64,000 nucleotides of DNA, taken from NCBI GenBank assembly GCA_003427395.1, contig BFEA01000001.1:13528967-13592966 (forward strand), in the 5' to 3' direction. This document shows, piece after piece, positions 24,601 through 36,600 of this stretch. Both the position numbers and the translations under genes were made by a program. Position 1 is the first letter of the stretch. Each line of letters opens with the position of its first letter. Under the pieces are notes generated by a model, which saw nothing but the letters and a program-made list of their open reading frames with translations, searched no databases and was not told where the DNA came from. The DNA is from Chara braunii. Taxonomy: Eukaryota > Plantae > Charophyceae.

Positions 24601-27600
24601 CTGCTGTGATCCGAAGTGATTTCCAAAAGTGCATGTGCAGTGTGAACGTCTGGTCGAAGGCTGGATCCGTGTGCTAACTCTGTTGGCTCATGGCTGCGAC
24701 CTACTACTAACATGCAAAGTGCTAACTCTGTTGGCTGTGTGTGCGTGGCTGCAACCTACTACTAACGTGCATGTGCAGTGCTAACTCTGTTGGCTGTGTG
24801 TGCATGGCCTCTGTCCTGCTGCGACCTACTAACGTGCATGTGCAGTGTGAACGTGTGGTCCGAGGCTGGGTCCATGTGCTAACTCTGTTGGCTCTGTGTG
24901 TGGCTGTGCCTCCGACAGAGATAGACGTCGAGAGGCAGGATGGAAATTAGCAGCAGGAGTAGGATATGCAGGGCGGGGTAGTCTGGAGCTCAGGGACAAA
25001 AGTAGAATTGGCAAAGACCTGGTAGGATTTTTTGACAACTTTCGTAGGCCCTGAGAACTGGTAAGGCTTAATGGGTACTTGTGGCATTCTGAGCCACACG
25101 GACCCCAGTTAGAGCCAACAAATAGGCAGGGTAGGCCTAAGGGACGACGGTTCAGATGAGGCCCAGATAGGCCAGGACCACGGCGGTTCAGGCAGGCCAG
25201 TGGTAGAGGCACAGGCCAACAGCCACAAGGCCGGTACCGCTCCAGCATAGGACCTACCGACGGCGCTGCAGAGGCTGCCGCATTTAGGCGCCAAATCCAG
25301 TTCGAATCTGGACCGTCGATTCAGATCAACCGTCCAGGCCGATAGGTACCAGCAGGTAGGAGGCCGGCCCAGCACTACAAAAGGCTGGGTACCAGCCTCA
25401 GTAGAGGTTAGAAGTTAGTACGGTTGGGTTAGTCTTCAGGATTAGCGCAGCGTTCCAGCGTTAGTACGATTAGCGCAGCGCTGCAGCATAGCGAGGAGCA
25501 GCGACGAGAGCAGGAGTTCAGCGGCAAGAGGATCAGCGCAGCGTTGGGCACAGCGCCAGTTGCCGGCCCAGCCCCCCTTGCAGCACCATAGCTACCGTGG
25601 CAGGTCTTCCTCCCTCTTCTTCCTCCACCGCTCTCTCTCTCTCTCTCTCTCTCCTCCTACCTTCTCAGTCTAAGGCTACTTCTGGGTTCTCGTACGGGAC
25701 TACTATGAGTATGAAAGATGGTTACGAATCCTGACGACATTGGAGACAGCAACATTGGGACTATAGGTTGACTACTTGTGGGATCTGATTTCATCTGCCT
25801 CTGGAGATGTATTTGACATTGTGAGATCGATATCTGAGACATTGTGGGACACTGTATTCGCAACATTTCGGATTCTCACCATCTCTGGCATTTCAAGATA
25901 CTATCTTGGAAACATCAAGTTGACGTCATCTTCCCTCTCCTCCTCCCTTCGTCTCTCTCCTCCCTCCATTCGTCCGTGGATGTTCTCAGACCCTGGCCTT
26001 TCGTCTGTGTCCAAGGCCAGGGCTTTCGCACCCCGATGAATGATTGAGAGTGTTCGATTGCAGTCCGAGTCAGGTCAGAGTCAGTCCATGTATCTCAAGA
26101 CTTCCGCTGTGATTGTATTTACTCTGCATTATCTGGTTGGTTCTGGGAATCTGCGCCATACTTATGACTGTGTTTCACGCGTATGCAACAGCACTCCAGT
26201 AGTCGCCAAAACGAGACGTGATTGCCCGCACCTAGTAGGGTACTAGGCTAGATACAGACCCTGAGGCCAAGTTGCAGGCTGAAATGGTGTTCCCTCCAAG
26301 AGGGACCTGGCGGGCCTCGTGCACCTAAGAGAGGCCGGGTAGTGCTGGGTGGCACCCGGCCAGAAGGTACCAGAGGCCAGGCAGCCGAAGTACATGAGAG
26401 AGCGTAGCGTGTACAATAGTACACTTCGGTTCAAACTTGCGCTTTATGCCGCTCCAACCACAGGGTGATGTTGGCAGAATACTTGAGGTGAGCTGGGGGG
26501 TGATGGTGAAGACCTCCGTCGCTATGGAGAATTGATCGAGAAGTGGTAGAGGTAGGCCTACGGAGGTGAGGGTGATGGACCTCTAGCCGGCTATGGTGGA
26601 CCATTAAAGGCAGGGGGAAGAAGGAGATGGGAACCGGGAAGGACACTAACCTTCAGACCATCTTCAGTCCCTTGCTTGGTGCTGCATCTAAAAGGCCCCT
26701 AACCAGGTACCAGCTAAGCTGGGACTTCATCCGAGAGTTTGGCAATGGCAGGTGGGGACTGGAGAGGCTGAGTAGAGTTTGCGTTGTCCTTTGACCATCC
26801 GTGATGCACATGGACGATCCGCCATTTACCTACCAAGGGCAGGCCAGTGAGGTTATGGCCGAAAGGAGGGCTCTTGTGTGTGCTGGCAGTAACGGGGAGT
26901 ACTTGCTGTCTAAGACAATGATGATGATGAGGGGGACGAGGGAGAGATGACATTGTTTTCCACTTGTGTTTATCTTCCTCTTCTATTGTTCATTCCCTCT
27001 TGTCATACTTCTGCTCTCAATCACTTCCATTTAAGTTGCAACGGAATGGCATTCTCTTTGTGAGCTCTTGCACTGGGAGATGACCAAGGATCATAGCAAT
27101 CGTTGCGACGATATCACTTACAGCGAGTGGAACAAGAAGAGGCCCGTATGACGAGCCAACCGATGCATCTGTCACCCCCACGAATCTTGAAGACAGACCA
27201 ACTTCCAACAATGGGTCCAAAGCTTGACTTTGAATAAATCCACTCAAAGTCAATGCTCTCTCCAAACCCTCCTTCGATTGCAAGCTGCCAGCCAGTGTCC
27301 CTAATCTCTGACAACAGTCATATGGTAGAGCACACACGACCAGCAATACATACACAGCCACACCAATCATCAATAAGACTGCTGCAGTCAGAAAGTCCTT
27401 GTACAGTCATGTATATAACACACACGACCAGCAATACATACACAGCCACACCAATCATCAATAAGACTGCTGCAGTCAGAAAGTCCTTGTACAGTCATGT
27501 ATATAAATACGTACATACTTGTATATCTAAAAATACGTCAAACAGAACTGACCGCTAAACCATTGGCAGAGAGGGAGAAGAGAACAACAAACGCAGGGCC

Positions 27601-30600
27601 ATAACAGAACTGCCCGGTAAATAGTAGGCAGAGAGGGAAAAGAGGAGGACAACAAACGAGGGGCTGTGACAGACTGTTTCATCGGAGTTTCACCGACTCA
27701 TCAGGATGTCGAACCCTCTGCAGTCTGCATAGTCCCCTAACCGGTGAGGCTGAACACACTACAGTCTGCAGTCCCCTAACTGATGATACTGATAAAAGCA
27801 TCAACGACTGCCTGTCAATTGCCACCCTGAGGTGGGAACCAACCACTGCGCTACCCTAAGGTGGGCACCAACCACTACCCTCAAGGTACCTGAGACGGAA
27901 ATCAAAGCAGACTATCGCTCACCGGCACCAGAAGGAAAACTCTACAGACTGCAGGTTCACACCCCATCATAACATAGCAAAACAGTGAAAACACCCACGA
28001 AACGGAGGTCAGTCACAGCCAGAAAATACACTCCAGACACACCGCTGGCACTAGATGCACAACACGACATGACCGCAGATTGATGGCCCCGATCGCTGCC
28101 GTTCCACCTGACCGGAGAAACCATAGCAGGGAGCTATCAAAGTCCAGAACTTTCTTCTTTCCGATCATCCATGTCCAAAGCAAGAAAGACGACTCACATC
28201 ATGTCAACCACAAATCCAGGTCCATGAATATATTCACTTACCTAAAACTACAATCATCATAGAAGCACATCACCTAGACATATCCTCTCTATGGAAAGCA
28301 GCACTATATAATGATGGAAATGCTCTCCCAACTTACAAACAAGCCATCTTTATATCGCATTTTCCCATTACTTTTCTCAATTAAAAATTTGGACCATTTC
28401 TCGATTTATGTATGTCATCCTTGGCGCAGCGGCCATGCTGATCTTCTCTCTCTGTATCGTTCCGATTTTAACGGATTTACCCAAGGACAGTTTCCCATTA
28501 CTATCTGTCCTGGTATCTGCTAATAACATATAGCCTGTTGCTTGCTATATTGCTGTTTTCCTTGTTTACTATCCTAGTTTGACTTCTCGTTGGCTGTTTT
28601 AGTCTTTTGGTATACTGTAGTTTTCCTCGTCCCTTGACATTCTAGTATGCTTTGGCACTGCCTTACTACTACCGTCTTCCCCCGAACATAACGCACCCTG
28701 ATAATGAATGTACACGAAACGTTTTCGGTCTGGTACAGCCATAAAGAGGGTGCATTGTGGTCGGGGGAAGAAGGTAGATTCTGCAGCTTTGCCTTGGAGC
28801 TCACCTTAGCGCTCAGCTCAGCATACGGGTCCACGCCGTAATGCTGGACAATACTCTCGAGGAAACAGTCCTGATATCCGATTGCCACTTGCTACAAACC
28901 TCTCCGGGAACAGACTGAACAAGAGCAGCTGGGCATTGCTCGTCTTGGGGCCATTTTCTATGTCCAGCTGATGTCTTATAGACACGAGGCAAATTTCGGA
29001 CGAGGGGACAGTTGGGGAAAGTGCACTGAGGATCACTTACGTGACAGGTGCTTCGATTGAAATTGGAAATTCCATCTTTTCTTGGGGTTCAGAGGGAGGG
29101 GGGAGGTTTGGGGGGGGGGAGGGGAGGGAGGAGGCGGGGAATGCAAGAAAAATGAAAGTGACGACATAGGCCAGAAACAGGTTGGAGATGGCTCTCATCC
29201 GGCCAGCAAGTCTCACGCTAAAGAAAAATTGCCTATTTTTGACAAATCTTCTCTCCCTTACAAATACGAAACGAGGTCATCCATCAAACATGCGTTCGTA
29301 CTTTGGGTATTCACAAAAAAAACGAATTTTGCAAGACCATCACCGTCATTGTGTTAATGTGTGGATTCCCTAATTGGAGCCACAAAAGATGTCAACAGGA
29401 GCTAGTGCCAGTGCAAGCCATTCGAAGTAGGAATAACTCAGGGCATACTCACACGGGGACCAAATGAACCAAAATCCCAAAATTTGAGGCATTTTTGTGG
29501 TCACACGGGGTTGGCCCTGTACCCAAATGCCTCAAATCGTGACCAAATGTCAGCGGCCTGCGAGGCCGCGGGGGTACCCTTTTTGAGACCACCTCCAGAG
29601 GTGGTCTCAAATGACCAAACGCTTTTTTCGTTTCCTTTCCTCAATTTGTAGAAAATCGTAGAAGAATAAGACAACCAGCCGAAGTTGTTTTTCTTTTCTT
29701 TTTTCTTTTTTTTCTTCTTCTTTTCTTTGGTGTCCCCTCGTGTGACCACACGACCTTGCCCTGAGTGCAAAGTGTCAGGGCTTATACACATCTAGATGTG
29801 TATAAGAGACAGCATTAGCGACCGCTACAGTACAAAGCAGATGAATCCAGAAAACCAGAAGACCGACTGTAAAATTGGAAAGATACAGAGAAGATTAGCA
29901 TGGCCCCTGCCCAAGGATGACACGCATAAATCGAGAAGGAAAGATTGAACCAACACGACAATTGAACCAACACGAAAACCAGAAAAGATCGACTGACGAC
30001 AAATCCGAAGGAAATGATTGCGCCCGCTACAGTACAAAGGAGATGAATCGAGAAAACAAAAAGACCGACTAAAACGAAACCAGAAGGAAATCATTGAACC
30101 AACACGAAAACCAGAAAAGATCGACTGACGACAAATCAGAAGGAAATGATTGAACCAACACAATAATTGAACCGACGCCGAAAAGGAGATCGTTTGGCAA
30201 ACCATGGTCGGAGCGTTTAACTAGATGAAAAAGACAAAGAGAAAAGGGTGGGGTGCTTGCATCGCGCCAGCTGATTGACCCAGTGGGCCTCAAGTCCATA
30301 CATTATGCATGGCCCGCAGAAATTTCCGCCGGCCGCCCAGTGGATGAAAAATTCAGGGGCTCCAAAAAAAAAAAAAAAAAAAAAAACAATTCACGGGCAA
30401 GGCGCGCGCGATTCCATCGCAGGCCTGTCTCACGGTGCTACCGTCGACACCAGCCGATGCTGAGGCACGGAATGGGGAGGACATGAACGGCTGCAAGCCG
30501 CAGCTGGGCATTTTGTAGGGATAGCTGCGCCCCCAATCCACCCCTCTAGAAAACGGCTCCTCGGAGTCGCTACTTCCGCTGGGAGAGAAAGAAATCTCGA

Positions 30601-33600
30601 AGAATTTTCTCGTCCACTTGCGCACTTCCGCTTTTTTCTAAGGCCACTGGCCGGCGTGAGGGAAAAGTAGAGCAATCCGCCGCTTGATTAGGAGGATGGA
30701 ACAAGGGACGTAGACTGGCAGGAAAGGAGAGGGGACGGGGAGAAGACCAATCCAAGCCAGTAATAGACGTGTATTACTAATTAAAAGGGAACTGCGACTG
30801 CACTTTACGCAGTGGAAGACAAATCAATGACAAAAAACTTAACCCAGTGTAAGACAAATCAATGACAGAGTGTTTCAACGATTGAGAAAGTGAAAAAGCG
30901 AGGAAACCCCATCAACGATCGACTGTTTTAAGGAGCTTCAGCGAACATCCGAAGGTGACTAATAAGGGATAATAATGGGAGTGAAAGAGAGCGATCAGTC
31001 GTCGCGATGATCTAACTGAGGGAGAATAAAAAAAGCCACCGAAAAGAAAAAGAACTCCCTGGGACCAAATCCATGATCGTGCTGTTTCAACGATAGATGA
31101 AGTGAACAACGTGGAAAGCTAGGCTACCAGAGTGGCCCGGGTCCACTTGCCCGGCCGGGCCAAAAAGCGAAAAAAAAAAAAACGATTTTTAAATTTAAAT
31201 TTTTATTCAAAATTTCAACGATTGGTTGTTTTGAAAAGCATCAGCGAAGATCCGAAGGTGAAAAACAAGCGATAATAATGGGAGGGGAAGCGATGAGTCG
31301 CGATGACTCGACTGATGGAGACAAGAAAAAGCCACCCACCACTCCCTAGGAGGGATCGTTAGACCTTCACTCACTTTATCTTTATCAGATTACAGAAGCA
31401 AAATCAACGCGGAGAGGAGGACGCTAGAGAGTCCGAAACGAAAAACATCCGAAACTACACTCGAACGACGAACAGAAAGATAGAGGGATAATCGGACTCT
31501 GCCCATCAAAGCCATAATACTACTGTAATAATCGTGGCTTACTGGGCACAAAAACTTTCCACTCACCGTCGATTCCGCACCGACGGGACTTCGCCGACAA
31601 CAGGGCTCTTGAATCGTAACCTCCCCTCCCGATCGAAGCACTCTGTTGAACTCGCTTAACAGGGGAGCAGTATGATGACCCGGAACCTCCGCAACGCTCA
31701 GAATCACATCCACGGACGACGATTCCAACGCGAGTTTCATGCCTGCGGCAGCAAGTCCACATACCGCCCAAAACCGCGCGCGCGAGCGCGCGGACACACA
31801 AACGCACATACCAGCCCGCACGTGAGCACCCAGAAACAATTGCAGATACAACGGCAAAGGCAGAGGGCTGGCGAGCGATACTCCGTAAGAGGGGAGGGGT
31901 CGTGGATGGGAAGAGAGGGGACACGCCAGAGTCAATCCAACATGCACCTGACAAAACTTGAATAAGCAGAAGCATGAAGAACGGTAAGTACTGCGGTCGC
32001 ACAGGCGGTCACACATGCTATCGATGCTAAACAACAACAATCTACATGCGATGCGATTGTGTGCCTGCACGACCGGTTACTCTTCCGTTTCTTCCGTCTG
32101 CTGTCCTCTCGAGAAGAAAAAAATTTGCGAAAAAAAACACAGAGCTCGTGCGAACACGGGCTCATTAAGTAGTATAGCAGTTCCTCACTCGGAGCAAGAT
32201 ATCGTACATCACACGGCATTCCAACTTTGAGTAAAGAAAAGAGCAAGGCTGTCGGCAAAGGGCAGGAGTGGGTCGGAGCTCCTGCAACTCCTACCTTCGA
32301 TACAACCATCCCAATCCTATTCAACATTCCAAATCATTGATCCATTCAAAGGACGCCTGCACGGCAAGGTTGGACGTCTCGGGATGATTTCAGACAAGCT
32401 CAACTCCTCCGCTAATCCTCCCGGACCAGCACCACCACCTCTGCTGTTGTCGCCCTCACCAACGAACCAAAACACCATAGCAAAAGACATCTCGCACATC
32501 ATCGCCCCCCCCCCATTGTCAATTGCAACCCTTTTATATTTAGCAAGCAATCTTAGGACGCCCGCACGCACGCCATCGTCATCACCCGACCCCCCCCCCA
32601 CACTTTCCTTACGGGAAAATCATCACCGCCCCCCCACACACTTTTCCTAACGAGAAATTTATTTCAAAAACTCAAGATCCGCCCACATTATAAACAAACA
32701 TTCAACCCAACCCCTCACCTTGACTTTATCTCCCCTCTTCGCCCTTGATTTCCGAAAATCACGCGTTCTACGAGCTTCAGCGACCACTCTACAGACGGAT
32801 GAGCTACCGCGCCAAACACTAAATCCGTCGAAGGAATTCAATTTGGATTACACACCAAACCCATTACGGCAAAGTACATGCGCGATTAGATCGATCACCA
32901 TCTGACTGGGGCGACCACTGCTCGCTTGCTAATTGGCATCATTTCTTCAACCCCCCTCATAGTCGCTCTTCTTGGTCGATTGATTAGCAACTGATCGATC
33001 AGCACTCACTCCCATTGACTAATCAATCGTTCTGATCAGCACTCACTCCCATTGACTAATCAATCGTTTCGCTCACCTCGACATAGATCGATCCATCGCC
33101 AACTCCTTGGGCCCACTAAAGAAACCGAGCTGGTCAATCAGTTACTCGTCGTAATCAATTGCTCGCCGTAATCAATCCGACCGTCATCGCCCAATGGACT
33201 GCGTCCATTACTCGGTCGTCTTGAACGCCGTTTGATAATCGCTTGCTGAATTGACAGCTCGCCTAATCCATACGCGCCGTAATCTTTCATAAGACCCGCC
33301 GTTTGATAATCGCCTGCTGCATTTACTGCTCCCCTACGTCTGTCTATCGCGGACGTCGATTAAACTAATCCATTCGCACCATAACCTTTCATAAGATCCG
33401 TCGGACAACAGATACCCCGATCCTCCCCACCTCGTCAGTTAGTTAAACAACCAATCAGTCAAGCAATCATAGCCAATCGAGCTTCCATCAATCTGCGAAA
33501 CAATCAAGCCGACCGACCACGTTCAGCATTTCAAATGACAGACTGTACAAGCATTCAGTTTGTCGTTCGTTTCCCAAGCCGATTAATCATCTTTCAGTTT

Positions 33601-36600
33601 TCGTAAAACCCCTACTCTAATCACAGCCGAAAGTAGAACAGGGTGAGGCCGCAAAGTCATCATACTCGAATCAAGAAATCACTACGGAGGTTTCATTGAA
33701 AACACCGAACGACCACACAGCCCAATCTACCACGAGTCATCGCCAAGAAAAGGCGACATCAAAAAAAAAAAAAAAAAAAAAAAAGAGCGACATCAATTTC
33801 AATGACTACCGTCATCGTCTTTTTTCCATATCTTCACTACGACATACAGTATTACACTGATTGGTTAAGAAACAGGTACCCTTCGCACTGATTGCAATAA
33901 CTACCGGCATCGTCTTCTTTCCATATCTTCATTCATCAACTCTTTAAAATCGACGTATCCACTATGAAAAAAAAAAAAAAAAAAAAAAGAAGAGAAACTA
34001 GGAGCTACCTCGTCCGAAACCAACCACTCACGTATACAGGGCGATCAGTATACACAGACACTAACTCGAAGCCATCATCAACCCTCAAGTGTTGTTTTCA
34101 GCTCGACGTATAGCGCATGGTCGTTATGCAGTGGATTCAGGACAACTTCAACCCCCACTGGGAGTACGTGCCCATGCCTTCTATTCGCGGGTGAACGGCG
34201 TGTACTAAACGAGCCATTCGCCATGTGCTAAATTCAAATTGTCATATCGTACAGGAGCGCATTTGTTCGAACAGAAAAACAAACAAGAGGACAAAAGAAA
34301 AAAAAAAACAAAGCCGGAATGAACTATAGGACAAGAAAAAAAAAACAAAGGCGGAATGTATAGCAGAAGAAGCGCAAAACAACGAGGAATACAGAAAAAC
34401 AAAACGAGGGGGCAGAATAAACTACAGGAAGAAGACAAAGGAGGACTGTATAGCAGAAGCAGCACAGAACGAGTACATCTTAAGCATAGACAACCGCAAA
34501 TCATCGTTGATTTACGAATAACATCTCATATCGCGCAGATAACCCGTTAACAGCAATCGAATACCATGGATAGAAATTTGTAATACAGTGTTTCACTCAT
34601 TTGCTTCCAGTGGAGTTCGGACTCGGATATGTACTTCAACAGTTAAGGTGCGTGTACCAACTGAGCTAGGCCAGTTGGTACCTTCAATTTTACGGTTCAC
34701 GTGAAATTCAACCCCCCGCCAACACAGCTTCTTTTGACAAGTCCGCAAAGATACTGCCCTTCTCCATTCGTTCAATTTCAATTATCATGCCCACCTAATC
34801 TGCTATCCCTCCATGCCCTCACACTCGGGTTAGTCTGACCACTTAATCACACACTTAATCACACACAGGGAAAAATAAAACCGAAAAACGTGCCGCATCC
34901 GAGATACAAGTCACTGGACCATTCAATGCATCAACACGCACATGCATAACTACGCTCTTGCACAACTACATCTTCTTCGACTGGCAATTATACAGTCAAT
35001 TACTCGTTCCACGAAGTTGCGCGCCATGACGGTCACCATCCGACCACCATCATCTCTATCACCACCATCATCATATCAACCATCCGACCACCATCATCTC
35101 TATCACCACCATCATCATATCATACAACTCGTCACCTCTACGACCATAACACGACAAGCTCAACAGCTCATACTCATCACCGATCCGTACATACAATCAC
35201 TCTCTCACAACCTCCACCCCTTACGCCCGCCTTTTTCACGGACGTACACTGCGCGCATGCATACTAGCAACGAGTCCGAACCTCGTTGATTCACACCTTA
35301 CACACCCGTGAATACATGCGCAAAATCCTCAACATCAACAAGTCAAAGGTAGATGCGAAGAGTAAGGCTTGTCGTTTTTTTCTGATGCCGGCTAACTTCG
35401 GAGAGACGGTCCTCTTCTCTCGCTTTCCTCCCCCCGCCCTCCCCCAAAGAAAGGAAGAGCGATCGCCCTCGTTCAATCAGATACGCAGCAGTTTCATTCT
35501 GTCTGCAAGCGGGCACCCCATGACATTCCTCTCCTCACACAACGATGGGCTTTCTACAGATGAAGGACAGCCCACTTGGGTGGCCTATAACAGAAGAACG
35601 AGATCAGGAAATCGCATGCCGCATGACAGGTGAACATCAAACTGATGACTGCCACAATCCATAAAACGAGGGATACATGGAAAAAGCTGGGAAAAAAATA
35701 TGACCGCGCAAACGCTGGACGGAAAGCGTCCCACGGCTTCTTTCGCCCCTGGGCATAACAGACCAGATCTGTTCTCTCTCTCTCTCTCTCTCTCGAGCGA
35801 GCGAGCGAGCGAGCGAGCGAGCGAGCGAGATCACACACAAATCCACGCTCCTCGACTGAGATGCGACAAACGACACCCGACTACCACTAGGTAACCACTC
35901 CGCTGGAGTGGAAAGGGCGAGAAGACGCGAAACACAGAGACGGAAAGAAAACAGGATCCCGAACGAGACTGCGGTAACAAAGGTTTTCACACAACGAGAG
36001 ACTTCACATATCGAACGTGACACTTCTCTCTTCCTTTTCTTTCCCACCTGGTGATTGAGAGGAGGGCTGAAGGAGGACCAGAGGACAGTAGTGAACGGCT
36101 GACCCAGACACACAGCCCAGTCTCAAAGGCCGCTTCCATCAGACACAGTTGCTTGCCTAAAACATTCTGAATTCTATTAAAAAAAATCCTTGGCACGCAC
36201 AAGAAGATGTACGCACCCATTCCCTCCTCCCTTCCTCTTATTCGCATTGCAACCATTCCTCTTTACTCATCTACCAACAGCCCTCACCCCCCAGCCGCCC
36301 GCCCCCAAACACTCACACTACATACACACGCACACGCACGCACACGCACGCACACAAGCGTACACACACGCGCACACGTCCGTACACACTCCCACCCACG
36401 CACGTACATGCACCCGGACGCACACACCCCCCATGCACACACAAGGAAACATAGCGGATGCAGCGACCGTAGACCATACCTTGTTGAGAAGACGAATTCG
36501 TAACGACGGAGATGTCGTTCAACCCCACACGCGAATCAGCTTGGAAAGAGCTAACAATCCGCCCCGTCAAAACCTGTGCAGACGTCAGGACCAGGCCATG

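Noticed and set aside
29781-29812. Genuine Tn5/IS50 insertion or horizontal transfer
   Set aside because: Head-to-head synthetic mosaic ends equal the mate-pair adapter.
29990-30020. CTGACGA...GAAA hammerhead-like core (also ~30125)
   Set aside because: No stem II and no closing stems I or III.
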